DNA of 64,000 nucleotides, taken from positions 1,024,001-1,088,000 of the forward strand of contig OZ241883.1 in NCBI GenBank assembly GCA_965203445.1, given 5' to 3'. A program made the translations under genes and the position numbers. The notes under the pieces were generated by a model. The model had not been told where the DNA came from. It saw only the letters and a program-made list of their open reading frames with translations, and did not search any database. The DNA is from Candidatus Oxydemutator sp. Its GTDB lineage: Bacteria > Pseudomonadota > Gammaproteobacteria > Poriferisulfidales > Oxydemutatoraceae. This document shows, piece after piece, positions 49,450-59,186 of this stretch (positions are counted from its first letter, which is position 1; every line of letters starts with the position of its first letter).

Positions 49450-50436
49450 ATGGAATCTCGCGTGGAAACGATCACCCGACGTTATCCGATCACACTGGTG
49501 ACGGCGTACTTTAATCTGGGAGACAGGTCCGGGTTGGGAAGAGACCATCATTTTTATGATGACCGGATGCGTTACTTTTTCCCGCATATACAATGGCCTC
49601 TGGTGATTTTCTGTGATAAGGAATCTTTGGATGGAATCAAGCAGTTAAGGGGGGGGAAGCCGGCGACCTATATCGTCACCACGCTCGAAGAGTTCCACGT
49701 CTATAAGTACTATGGGCGCTTCTATTACGAGGGCATCTGTGGGCAATGGGCTTTTGGATACCAGGATTTACTTATGGTCTGGAATGAAAAGCTCAATTTC
49801 GTTCGACGCGCGATAAAGTTGAATCCCTATGAATCGGATATGTTTTTCTGGTGTGACGCGGGCTGCTTCAGGGGAGCAGGGGTAGGCGGGGCTGGCATTA
49901 TGAGACTGTCTGATCGAACGGAGTGGCCTAATTTTCAAGTCTGTCGAAAGCTGCCCCAGGACAAGGCCATTTTTATGCGAGCAAGTCAAGTCGGCGAAAA
50001 AATTTACGTTCGCGCGACTTTTTTCGGTGGTGCAGCCAAACCCATGCTGCGGTGGTGTGATGCTTTTTATCAGCACCTTGCTGATCGGGTTGATAAGAAC
50101 CTGCTGTTATTCGCTGATGAGCGTAGCATGTCTGACGTTTGCGACGAGCGGCCGGACGTTGTACACCTGCTGTCTCCGGACGATGTTGCATGGGTAACAA
50201 AGGTGGTAGGAAATGATTGGCAGGGAGATTGGCAGGGCTTTTTCAAGTGGTATTTTTTGAACGGCGGTAAGTTTCCGTTGGGCTTTTTGTGCATAAGAAT
50301 TTCTTATTACCTGAGGAACCGACAATTGATGAAGTGGCTGCTGTCAGAACTTCTTTATCAATCGAGGCGCTGGTTAAGAAGTTCACCGGATCGGTCACCG
50401 CAAAATCTTCGCATGAGACCGCCGCGATGGAAGTGA
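49450..50436 (+). CDS. HtrL/YibB (WlaTC)-like putative glycosyltransferase
   Basis: ITLVTAYFNL, WNEKLNFV..AI..NPY.S..FFWCDAG, FFGG; lower GC than its neighbours. Confidence 0.65.
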   Translation: MESRVETITRRYPITLVTAYFNLGDRSGLGRDHHFYDDRMRYFFPHIQWPLVIFCDKESLDGIKQLRGGKPATYIVTTLEEFHVYKYYGRFYYEGICGQWAFGYQDLLMVWNEKLNFVRRAIKLNPYESDMFFWCDAGCFRGAGVGGAGIMRLSDRTEWPNFQVCRKLPQDKAIFMRASQVGEKIYVRATFFGGAAKPMLRWCDAFYQHLADRVDKNLLLFADERSMSDVCDERPDVVHLLSPDDVAWVTKVVGNDWQGDWQGFFKWYFLNGGKFPLGFLCIRISYYLRNRQLMKWLLSELLYQSRRWLRSSPDRSPQNLRMRPPRWK

Positions 50437-50649
50437 CGTTCGGCGATGGACTCGACCGCGCGCAGTGCTCGTGTGTCCGGCGATGATTTCCGCGATGTGC
50501 AAGGGCCTGCGCGCGGGGCTGGAGGGAGTAGAAGGCGTCGAATGCGGCGCGCGTCGGCCAAGTCCCCTTTCGACATGTGCGCGGCGGACGTCGGGAACCG
50601 CTTCGTCGCGCGCGGATTTCGCGTGCCTGATCAAGAGCAGTGTTTTCAC
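50395..50649 (-). pseudogene. Degenerate histidine phosphatase (SixA-like) remnant
   Basis: VKTLLLIRHAKSA...SSPARR...AEIIA, far shorter than a full SixA and scrambled between motifs. Confidence 0.6.
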
Positions 50650-50718
50650 GAGGGCGGGGCGGGCGCGGACGAGAACGGGGACGCGCCTCATGCGCCCGGG
50701 ACGGTGCTCTCGCTCGAA

Positions 50719-51918
50719 TCAGCGTTTGGCCGTGTGTTTCGGAACCCGTTCGCGCGCCTCTTTGATGAGAACCCTCTGATTGTTGCCCAACCCCTCGACG
50801 TCGCGCAGCACGATGCGCTCGCCCGCTTTGAGGCCGTGCTCGATGATGATTTCATCGCCGTTGCGTCCGCCTACGGTGACGCGGCGACGCAACACGATTT
50901 CGTCTTCCTCGACGAACACGAACGGTTGGCCGTTGATGTATTGGATCGAGGTTACCGGCACGACGACGGCGCCCGTGCGCGAGTGCCCCGGCAGACGCGC
51001 CTGCGCGGCCGCGCCGGCTTGCAGGCCGTCCCCTTGCAACCTGATCTTCGCGGCATGGGTGTAGGTTTCGCGGTTGGGATCGGTTTGCAGCGACATCAGC
51101 GTGCCGATGTGCGTCCGCCCGCCGACCGTCACCTCGACCGCAAGCCCCAGTTCGAGCGCCGCGGCCCGTTCGTTGCTGACGTTCAGAAACAGGTCGAGTT
51201 CGTCTGCCACCACCAATTCGGCGACCGACTTGTCCTTGCCGACGTAGTCGCCGACGTCGGCCTCGATTTTGTTGACGGTGCCGGCGAAGGGAGCGTGCAG
51301 CGTGGTGCGGTCGAGGTTGCGCCGCGCCTGGTCGTGCAGGCTGCGGTTGAGCCTGGCGTTGAGCTTGCCTTCCTCGACCGCGTGCGTGAGCCGCACCCGT
51401 TCGGAGCGCAAGTCCACCAGTTTTTGGCGTTCGGCGTCGAGCAGCGAGGACGAGGCCAGCTGCTGTTCGCCTAGCCTCTCGATGCGCGCGACTTCGCGCT
51501 TGCGCAGTTCGACGTTTTGCGCGGCGAGTTCGAGCAGGCGCGCGTCTCTTTCGAGTTTCTTCTCGATCAGTTCGAGGCGGGTTTGCGCCTGCACCAGGGC
51601 GTCGCGGTAATCGCCGTCGTCGAGTTGCAGCAGCGCCTGCCCCTGGCGCACGCGCGTGCCGGCCTCGACGTTTTTGGCGACGACGCGCCCCGCCACCTCG
51701 AACCGCAATTCGCCGACGCGCGCCGGTTGCAGGCGTCCGGTCAGCAGATGGCTCGGCGTGATTTCACGCGCGACGATCCGGCCGACCTCGACCAGCCGCG
51801 GTGCGTCCACGACGCTTTGCTGCGCTCCTTGTGGACGCAGCCACGTCAGCAGACTGGCGACGACTGCGATGGTTACGGCGACAATCGCGCCTGAGGCGAG
51901 CTTTTGTGACATGCGCAT
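50719..51918 (-). CDS. RND efflux periplasmic adaptor (membrane fusion protein)
   Basis: N-terminal anchor, lipoyl-like EVAGRV...G..V..GQ.L, coiled coil, LHAPFAGTV, GLKAGERIV. Confidence 0.88.
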   Translation of the reverse strand: MRMSQKLASGAIVAVTIAVVASLLTWLRPQGAQQSVVDAPRLVEVGRIVAREITPSHLLTGRLQPARVGELRFEVAGRVVAKNVEAGTRVRQGQALLQLDDGDYRDALVQAQTRLELIEKKLERDARLLELAAQNVELRKREVARIERLGEQQLASSSLLDAERQKLVDLRSERVRLTHAVEEGKLNARLNRSLHDQARRNLDRTTLHAPFAGTVNKIEADVGDYVGKDKSVAELVVADELDLFLNVSNERAAALELGLAVEVTVGGRTHIGTLMSLQTDPNRETYTHAAKIRLQGDGLQAGAAAQARLPGHSRTGAVVVPVTSIQYINGQPFVFVEEDEIVLRRRVTVGGRNGDEIIIEHGLKAGERIVLRDVEGLGNNQRVLIKEARERVPKHTAKR

Positions 51919-51989
51919 GTCCCCTGAAAGGGATTATATACGCGAGGGATGGAGGATGAACGGGGACTTCAGGACGACGCACCGCAACT

Positions 51990-53216
51990 TCAGACGTTTT
52001 CGACGGGCAGGCGGGCGACGGCGAGCGTCGGTTTCAGCGCGTAGCCCTGGATCCTCCTCGAAAACTCCTGAAGTTTGTGCAAACCGGTCGCTTCGGCCTG
52101 GGTGCACCACTCGCGCAGCGAGCTGCACAAGTGGTGGTGGTCGCCGTGGTGTGTGCTCCACAGCTTGTGCAGCCTGTGGTTGAACTCGTGCACCTGTTTC
52201 AACCTCGGATTGTTCACCAGCACCCGTTTCAGGGTGGCACGGTCTTTCGCGCTGACGTGGCGCTCGTGGCGCAGCATCGCGCGCCTGGCTCTCAACAGCA
52301 GCTGGCGATGGGCGCCTTCGGCGACCGCCAGCTCGGCGCGTACGACCGGCACGACCACGGTCGCGGCGTATTCACGCATCACGTGAAGGCGGCCGTGGAA
52401 CAGCGCCGCGGCGGTTTTCAGATCGAGGGGGCCGTCGTGCGCCGAAGTGCGCTTCGGCATCGGCGCAAGACGCAACACCCGCGCCAAACCGAGTGCGCGC
52501 AACACGCGGATGTAGAGCCAGCCGACGTCGAACTCCCACCACTTGATCGAGAACTTCGCGGAACTCGGAAAGGCGTGATGGTTGTTGTGCATTTCCTCAC
52601 CGCCGATCAGGACGCCGACGTTGCAGAAGTTGGTCGAGTCGTCGTCGGTGGCGAAGTTGCGGTAACCGCCGAAATGCCCGATGCCGTTGACGACGCCGGC
52701 GGCGAAAAACGGTATCCACATCATCTGCAAGGCCCACAGGGCGATACCGAAAAAACCGAGCAGGACGTATTCCAGCACCAGTAGCACCGCGATGCCGATA
52801 CTCGGATGACGCGAGTAGAGGCGCTGCTCCAGCGCGTCGCCCGGCGTGCCGCGCCCGTAGTCCTCAAGCGTCGCCTCGTTGTACGCCTCGTTGCGGTAGA
52901 GGTCGGCACCGCGCAGCAGCACCGAGAGTATGCCCTTGAAGGCGGGGCTGTGCGGATCGTCGGCGGTCTCGCACTTGGCGTGGTGCTTGCGGTGTATCGC
53001 AACCCACTCTTTGGTGACCATGCCGGTCGTAAGCCACAGCCAGAAACGCATCACGTGGTTGACGGCGGGATGGAAATCCACGCTGCGATGCGCCTGCGAA
53101 CGATGCAAAAACAACGTTACACAGGCTATCGTCACATGCGACAACGAGAGCGCCAGGATCAGATAGCCCCACCACGGGAGTTGCACCAGCCCGTGTCCGG
53201 TCAGTAATTCAAGCAT
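51990..53216 (-). CDS. desA: Membrane fatty-acid (acyl-CoA delta-9 type) desaturase
   Basis: His boxes HRSQAH, HRKHH, HNNHH; WWEFDVGW. Confidence 0.9.
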   Translation of the reverse strand: MLELLTGHGLVQLPWWGYLILALSLSHVTIACVTLFLHRSQAHRSVDFHPAVNHVMRFWLWLTTGMVTKEWVAIHRKHHAKCETADDPHSPAFKGILSVLLRGADLYRNEAYNEATLEDYGRGTPGDALEQRLYSRHPSIGIAVLLVLEYVLLGFFGIALWALQMMWIPFFAAGVVNGIGHFGGYRNFATDDDSTNFCNVGVLIGGEEMHNNHHAFPSSAKFSIKWWEFDVGWLYIRVLRALGLARVLRLAPMPKRTSAHDGPLDLKTAAALFHGRLHVMREYAATVVVPVVRAELAVAEGAHRQLLLRARRAMLRHERHVSAKDRATLKRVLVNNPRLKQVHEFNHRLHKLWSTHHGDHHHLCSSLREWCTQAEATGLHKLQEFSRRIQGYALKPTLAVARLPVENV

Positions 53217-53404
53217 AGCGCGCTACGATACCCCAAAAACGCCGCCAGTCAACCGACAATGTCTCCGGCCGCCCAGGCGTCGCTTATGCCAGATGTTTTT
53301 GAGCGGCAAAACGGGGCAAAAGCCGCGCCGGCGCGTGTATAATCCGGCAACGGGGTTTGCTTCATGCCGAACGCATTGTGCGAGCAAAACAAATGGAGGG
53401 ACTT

Positions 53405-53776
53405 GTGAACCAGGATAAAACACCAGTAAGCTTCCTGAAGACAAAGGAAACTATGGCAATAGCAGTGGCCGATCGCTATTGTGGGGATGAAAAATTCCGG
53501 AACCTGTTTGACCATGATCCGAAAGCGGCTTTCGCCCAGTATTTGGATATTGATCGTAAACATTGGCCGCCCGACATGGGGCTGGTAATACTGCGCAACG
53601 ATGACAAATGTATGCATATAGGAGTACCGGCGTCGCATACGGACGACAATGCGGAAATTTCCGATTCGGATCTGGACAATCTGTCGGGAGGTTCTGGCTA
53701 TGCCCTGTACTTCGCCCTATGGGGGAGACCCCCGACGGCGGCGGTAAACGATGGTTCGGGGTGGAGGTACATTTAG
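53405..53776 (+). CDS. NHLP (nitrile hydratase-like leader) RiPP precursor peptide
   Basis: GTG start after GGAGGG; leader D.KFR..F..DPKAA...PP.MGLVIL...MHIGVP...EISDSDLDNLSGG, then core SGYALYFALWGRPPTAAVNDGSGWRYI. Confidence 0.8.
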   Translation: MNQDKTPVSFLKTKETMAIAVADRYCGDEKFRNLFDHDPKAAFAQYLDIDRKHWPPDMGLVILRNDDKCMHIGVPASHTDDNAEISDSDLDNLSGGSGYALYFALWGRPPTAAVNDGSGWRYI

Positions 53777-53944
53777 TGACATCGCAGACGTGATACGTCC
53801 AGTTCCTGATCGAGGAGCAACAACTATAAATACTACCCATGAAGGCACATGGAGCGATACGCTACTCGATAAGGCGATACTGAACACCGGCCGCTACAAA
53901 CTCGAACTATGCTTGGCATAGTCGTACATGGAAAGGAGTATCCG

Positions 53945-54307
53945 ATGCCCACAATAGAAATTACCCACGACAACTTTCAGCAGACGCTGCAAGACAACGA
54001 CGTCGTGGTGCTCGATTTTTGGGCCTCGTGGTGCGGGCCGTGTCGTTCGTTTGCGCCGGTGTTCGAGGCGGTTTCCGACAATCACGCGGACGTTGCGTTC
54101 GGCAAGGTCAACACCGAGGAGCAGCAGGATCTGGCCGCGGCCTACCGCATCCGTTCGATTCCGACGCTGATGCTGTTTCGTGAGCGCGTGGTGTTGTTTT
54201 CGCAGCCGGGTGCGTTGTCGGCGGCGCAGCTTGAGGATCTGGTTGCAAAGGCCCAGGCGCTCGACATGGACGAGGTGCGCGAGGAGATCAGGAAGCAGGC
54301 GGAATAG
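53945..54307 (+). CDS. Thioredoxin
   Basis: LDFWASWCGPCR, RSIPTLM; AAGGAG before ATG 53945. Confidence 0.95.
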   Translation: MPTIEITHDNFQQTLQDNDVVVLDFWASWCGPCRSFAPVFEAVSDNHADVAFGKVNTEEQQDLAAAYRIRSIPTLMLFRERVVLFSQPGALSAAQLEDLVAKAQALDMDEVREEIRKQAE

Positions 54308-54328
54308 CGCCGCCCGCGGCCCGCGCCT

Positions 54329-55624
54329 CTACGCCGATTCCTGAGCCAGCCCCCGAAACGCGATCTCCGCCGCGTGCAGCGTATCGTCGACGTCGTCGCG
54401 GGTATGCGCGGCGGACACGAAGCCGGCCTCGAACGGCGACGGCGCGAGATAGATTCCTTGTTCGAGCATGCGCGTGAAGAAGCGCTTGAACTTTTCGTCG
54501 GCGCAGCGTTGAACCTGCTCGAACGAGACCACCGGCGCCTCGTCGGTGAAGAAGTAGCCGAACATCGCACCTTGCGCGTCACAGTAAAACGGCACGCCGG
54601 CGGCGGCGGCGCGCTCGCCCAAGCCGCGCGCCAGCGCGCTCGTCCTCTCGGCGATGGCATCGAACGTGCCGGGTTGCAGCAGCAGTTCGAGCGTTTTCAG
54701 GCCGGCGGCGGTCGCCACCGGGTTGCCGGACAGCGTGCCGGCCTGATAGACCGGGCCTTCGGGCGCCACGCGATCCATCACTTCGGCGCGCCCGCCGAAG
54801 GCGCCGACCGGCAGGCCGCCGCCGATGATTTTGCCGAACGTCGTCACATCGGGCGCAATCCCGTACATCGCCTGCGCGCCACCGGGCGCGACGCGAAAGC
54901 CGCTCATGACCTCGTCGAAAATCAGCAGGGCGCCGTGGGCGCGGCAGCATTCGCGCAGGGTTTGCAGAAACTCGCGCGCCCCCGGCACGAGGTTCATGTT
55001 GCCGGCGACCGGCTCGACGATGACGCAGGCGATTTTGTCGCCCTCCCGCGAAAACGTCTCGCGCACCTGGGCCGCGTCGTTGTAGCGCAGCACAATCGTT
55101 CGTTCGGCAAACGCCGCGGGCACGCCGGCAGAATCGGGAACGCCCGACGTCAGCGCGCCCGAACCGGCACCGACCAGCAGCGAGTCGGCGTGGCCGTGAT
55201 AGCAGCCCTCGAACTTGACGATGCGTTCGCGCCCGGTATAGCCGCGCGCCAGGCGAATCGCGCTCATCGTCGCCTCGGTGCCGGAGTTGACCAGGCGCAG
55301 CTTCTCGACCGACGGCACCGCCGCGCGGATTTTTTCGGCGAGCAGGGTCTCGGCCTCGGTCGGCGCGCCGAACCCAAGCCCGTTGCGCGCCGCCTCGCAC
55401 ACCGCCGCGACCACTTGCGGGTGGGCGTGGCCCATGATCATCGCCCCCCACGAACCGACGTAATCAATGTAGCCGCGCCCGTCGGCATCGAACAGACGCG
55501 CACCTTCGGCGCGGCGCATGAACGGCGGCGAACCGCCGACCGCGCCGAACGCGCGCACCGGCGAGTTGACGCCGCCGGGAATGGACAGGCAGGCGCGACG
55601 ATACAGTTGTCGTGACAGGTTCAT
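54329..55624 (-). CDS. hemL: Glutamate-1-semialdehyde 2,1-aminomutase
   Basis: [45 protein letters not shown]. Confidence 0.97.
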   Translation of the reverse strand: MNLSRQLYRRACLSIPGGVNSPVRAFGAVGGSPPFMRRAEGARLFDADGRGYIDYVGSWGAMIMGHAHPQVVAAVCEAARNGLGFGAPTEAETLLAEKIRAAVPSVEKLRLVNSGTEATMSAIRLARGYTGRERIVKFEGCYHGHADSLLVGAGSGALTSGVPDSAGVPAAFAERTIVLRYNDAAQVRETFSREGDKIACVIVEPVAGNMNLVPGAREFLQTLRECCRAHGALLIFDEVMSGFRVAPGGAQAMYGIAPDVTTFGKIIGGGLPVGAFGGRAEVMDRVAPEGPVYQAGTLSGNPVATAAGLKTLELLLQPGTFDAIAERTSALARGLGERAAAAGVPFYCDAQGAMFGYFFTDEAPVVSFEQVQRCADEKFKRFFTRMLEQGIYLAPSPFEAGFVSAAHTRDDVDDTLHAAEIAFRGLAQESA

Positions 55625-55741
55625 GCGGCGCAGCCGCGCAAAGTCAATCGTTTTCCGAAGTCGCGAGGTCCTGTTGCTTTTTGGCGTCTTTTCGACCGGT
55701 AATGAGGAGGGTGGCAAGGCCGATCAGTGGCACGGCGAAAA

Positions 55742-56230
55742 TCAAGCTGGCATAGCGGTTGCTTTGATTTGTCGTTGTCCTCCGACACGCCTGTTTTCGA
55801 TTGTCCGTGCTTCTTTTAAGAATGCCAGATAGAAATCCTCAAAAACATTGGCCCAGTCCGATTGTATGCCGTCGGCCGAGTCTGATTCCCAGTCAGCCGT
55901 TTGCATATCATGTTGAGAATCATATTGGGGATATGGGGGCATGAGACGAAATGAGGATATTATATTCCGCCAGGAGGACCTTTTCCCTTGCCATTGTCGC
56001 TGTCTCTTTTCTAAAAGCCGGGCCAATTCTTTGTCATAGATTTCCAGTGTCTTGGCGGCGTTGTCTTCCCGGTCGGGAGATGCAAAAAGATCCAACTGTT
56101 TGTCCACCATCAGCGTCTTGGCGTCTTTGATCTGGTTTGATTGCTCGACGTAGCGGACAAGCAATTCGGCGAGTTCGATATAGTTTTTTTCCATGATTCT
56201 CGCAAGAACCTCTTTTTCCGCGAGTCTCAT
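55742..56230 (-). CDS. Hypothetical protein, lower GC
   Basis: 162-aa ORF with protein-like composition; no family recognised. Confidence 0.55.
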   Translation of the reverse strand: MRLAEKEVLARIMEKNYIELAELLVRYVEQSNQIKDAKTLMVDKQLDLFASPDREDNAAKTLEIYDKELARLLEKRQRQWQGKRSSWRNIISSFRLMPPYPQYDSQHDMQTADWESDSADGIQSDWANVFEDFYLAFLKEARTIENRRVGGQRQIKATAMPA

Positions 56231-56455
56231 TGCTCGCGGGTCGGGTTATTGTAGCACCGACGGCCACAACGCCAGGATCGGGAACATCGGTGCCCCCCGC
56301 CACTCGCCGTTCCTGGTTCGGTCGTCGTCCACCGGCGTCCGCGCGCAAGCGCCACGCGCAAGGGCTTGGTGTAGAATGCCAGGCACTGGAAGCGTCGCTT
56401 TTCAACGCCGCTAAGGCGCCGGTGACGTGGTCTCGACGGTCGCCTCCCGAACCCG

Positions 56456-57808
56456 ATGCTGATTCGTCTCAAGAAAGGTCTTGAAATTCCGATCCCCGGC
56501 GCGCCACAACAGCGTATCGAGGAAGCGCCGCCGGTGTCGCGCTTTGCATTGACGGCGCACGAGTACCGTGGTCTGTCGCCGAAGATGATGACCGAGGTCG
56601 GGGCCAAGGTGGCGCTCGGCCAGCCGCTGTTCGCACACAAGGCGCACCCCGAGATCCGCTACGTCGCGCCGGCGGCGGGCACCGTCGTCGCGATCAACCG
56701 CGGCGCGCGGCGCGTCCTGCAATCCATCGTCATCGAGGCCGAAGGCGACGAGCGCCGCGAGTTCGAGCCGCACCACGTCACCCGCGCGATGAGGCTAGAG
56801 CGCGACCAGATTGTCGAGCATCTGCTCGCGGGCGGTCTGTGGCCGGCGTTCAGAACGCGCCCGTACAGCAAGACACCGGTACCCGATGCCGTGCCGCAAG
56901 CCATCTTCGTCAATGCGATGGACACCGAACCGCTCGCCGCCGACCCGCAGGCCGTCATCGCCGTCGTGGCCGAGCATTTCAACCTCGGTCTGCATCTGAT
57001 CGAGAAGCTCACCGACGGCCCGGTGTACGTCTGCGTCGCCCGGGGGTCCGATATCGAGGCGGCGCCGGAAGAAGCGCAGGTGCATCGCGTTGAGTTCGGC
57101 GGCCCGCACCCCGCCGGCCTGGCCGGCACCCATATCCATCACCTAGACCCGGTGCACGGCGACAAGACCGTATGGACGATTCATTACCAGGACGCGATTG
57201 CGATTGGCGAGTTTTTCCTGACCGGAGTGTATCCGACCACGCGCGTCGTCGCGCTCGGCGGCCCCGCGGTGCGCGAACCGTGCCTGCTGCGCACGCGCCT
57301 GGGCGCCTCGATAGAGGAATTGTGCCGCGACCGCCTGAGGCCGGGGCAGGTTCGCCTGATCGCCGGTTCGCCGTTGTCCGGTTGCAAGGCGCAGGGCTGG
57401 TCGGCCTACGTCGGGCGCTTCCACTTGCAGATCGCGGCGTTGCTCGAGCATGGGGAAACTCCGTTTTTGGCGTGGATCCGCCCCGGCCTGCGCCTGTTTT
57501 CGATCAGCCGCGCGTTTCTGCCGGCGTGGTTGCGGCGCAACAAGCGGCTTGCGTTCAGCTGCATGCAAAACGGCAGCCCGCGCGCGATTGTGCCGATCGG
57601 CCTCTACGAGCGCGTGCTGCCGCTCGATTTGCCGGCGACGCAACTGCTGAAGGCGCTGGTGGTGATGGACACCGACGTGGCGCAGCAGCTCGGCTGTCTC
57701 GAACTCGACGAGGAAGATCTGGCGTTGTGCTCCTACGTGTGCCCGAGCAAGCACGAGTTCGGGCCGTTGCTGCGCGCGACCCTCGACAAGATCGAAAAGG
57801 AGGGCTGA
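56456..57808 (+). CDS. nqrA: Na+-translocating NADH:quinone reductase subunit A
   Basis: IRLKKGLEIPIPGAP, INRGARR, GPHPAG, ELDEEDLALCSYVCPSK. Confidence 0.96.
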   Translation: MLIRLKKGLEIPIPGAPQQRIEEAPPVSRFALTAHEYRGLSPKMMTEVGAKVALGQPLFAHKAHPEIRYVAPAAGTVVAINRGARRVLQSIVIEAEGDERREFEPHHVTRAMRLERDQIVEHLLAGGLWPAFRTRPYSKTPVPDAVPQAIFVNAMDTEPLAADPQAVIAVVAEHFNLGLHLIEKLTDGPVYVCVARGSDIEAAPEEAQVHRVEFGGPHPAGLAGTHIHHLDPVHGDKTVWTIHYQDAIAIGEFFLTGVYPTTRVVALGGPAVREPCLLRTRLGASIEELCRDRLRPGQVRLIAGSPLSGCKAQGWSAYVGRFHLQIAALLEHGETPFLAWIRPGLRLFSISRAFLPAWLRRNKRLAFSCMQNGSPRAIVPIGLYERVLPLDLPATQLLKALVVMDTDVAQQLGCLELDEEDLALCSYVCPSKHEFGPLLRATLDKIEKEG

Positions 57809-59019
57809 TGGCGCGGTTGCGGAACATGCTCAAGTCGAAGGCGCCGCTGTTCGAGCCGGGCGGGCGCTGGCAGCGGTGGTATCCGATCTACGAGATGGTG
57901 GACACCTTCCTCTATTGGACGCCCGCGACCACCGCGCGCGCGCCGCACATACGCGACGGCCTGGACATCAAGCGCGTCATGAGTTACGTCGTCGTCGCGA
58001 CGCTGCCGTGCGCCGTGATGTCGTGGTTCAACACCGGCTATCAGGCAAACGTCGCGCTCGCCGAGATGGGGTTGGCGTCGCTCGCCGGATGGCGCGGCGC
58101 GCTGACCGCGGCTTTCGGCGTCGGCCACGATCCGGCCAGCGTGCTCGCGTGCCTGTGGCTCGGCTTCGCCCACTTTCTGCCGGTCTACGTCGTGACGCTG
58201 CTGGCCGGCGGCTTGTGGGAGGTCGTGTTTGCGACGGTGCGCGGCCACGACGTCAACGAGGGCTTCTTCGTAACCTCGATATTGTTCACGCTGACGCTGC
58301 CGCCCGATATTCCGCTGTGGATGGTCGCGCTCGGCATCTCGTTCGGCGTCGTCATCGGCAAGGAGGTGTTCGGCGGCACCGGCAAGAATTTTCTGAACCC
58401 GGCGCTGACCGGGCGCGCCTTTTTGTTTTTCGCCTATCCCGCCTTTATGTCCGGCGACGAGGTGTGGGTCGCGGTCGACGGCTACAGCGGCGCGACGCCG
58501 CTCGCCGCGGCCGCCGTCGGCGGCATGGACGCCGTCGCGCGCGAGGGCTACACCTGGTGGCAGGCGTTCGTCGGCGTCATTCCGGGTTCGCTCGGCGAGA
58601 CTTCGACGCTCGCGTGCCTGCTCGGCGGCCTGTTTCTGGTGTACACGCGCATCGCGTCGTGGCGCATCATACTCGGCGTGCTCTTAGGCATGGTCTCGAC
58701 GTCGTTGTTGTTCAACTGGATCGGCGGCACCAACCCGATGCTCGCGACGCCGTGGTACTGGCACCTGGTGCTCGGCGGTTTCGCGTTCGGCACGGTGTAC
58801 ATGGCGACCGACCCGGTGTCCGCGGCCGCCACCGACGCCGGGCGCTGGATCTTCGGTTTTCTGATCGGCTTCATGACGGTGCTGATCCGCGCCGTCAACC
58901 CGGCTTTCCCGGAAGGCATCATGCTGGCGATCCTGTTCGCCAACGTCTTCGCGCCGACGATAGACCACTTCGTGGTGCGCGCCAACACCCGCAGAAGAAG
59001 GAAGCGCTACACCCGCTGA
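57808..59019 (+). CDS. nqrB: Na+-translocating NADH:quinone reductase subunit B
   Basis: PHIRDGLDIKR, FGGTGKNFLNPAL, DGYSGATPL FMN-attachment site, MATDPVS. Confidence 0.96.
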   Translation: MARLRNMLKSKAPLFEPGGRWQRWYPIYEMVDTFLYWTPATTARAPHIRDGLDIKRVMSYVVVATLPCAVMSWFNTGYQANVALAEMGLASLAGWRGALTAAFGVGHDPASVLACLWLGFAHFLPVYVVTLLAGGLWEVVFATVRGHDVNEGFFVTSILFTLTLPPDIPLWMVALGISFGVVIGKEVFGGTGKNFLNPALTGRAFLFFAYPAFMSGDEVWVAVDGYSGATPLAAAAVGGMDAVAREGYTWWQAFVGVIPGSLGETSTLACLLGGLFLVYTRIASWRIILGVLLGMVSTSLLFNWIGGTNPMLATPWYWHLVLGGFAFGTVYMATDPVSAAATDAGRWIFGFLIGFMTVLIRAVNPAFPEGIMLAILFANVFAPTIDHFVVRANTRRRRKRYTR

Positions 59020-59064
59020 CGGATTGGGGACGAAGCAGGGAAGCGGCGCCGCACGCAACAAAAA

Positions 59065-59099
59065 TCCCTCTCCCTTTGGGAGAAGGGCAGGGGTGGGGG
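59065..59099. repeat. REP-like palindromic element
   Basis: tccctctccctttgggagaagggcaggggtggggg hairpin; 22/25 match to the reverse complement of 13192-13216 inside mod. Confidence 0.6.
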
Positions 59100-59186
59100 C
59101 AGCGCCGTCCCTGCGACTGCGTCGGGCCGGGAACTTTCTTTGGTGGCGCCGGGGCCGAAGCAAAAAGAGGGAGAGACTATGCCGGC

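Noticed and set aside
50719-53776. RND adaptor and desaturase as part of a RiPP cluster with the NHLP precursor
   Set aside because: They are divergently transcribed, look like core genes, and the adaptor is RND-type with no C39 ABC transporter; a link cannot be supported.
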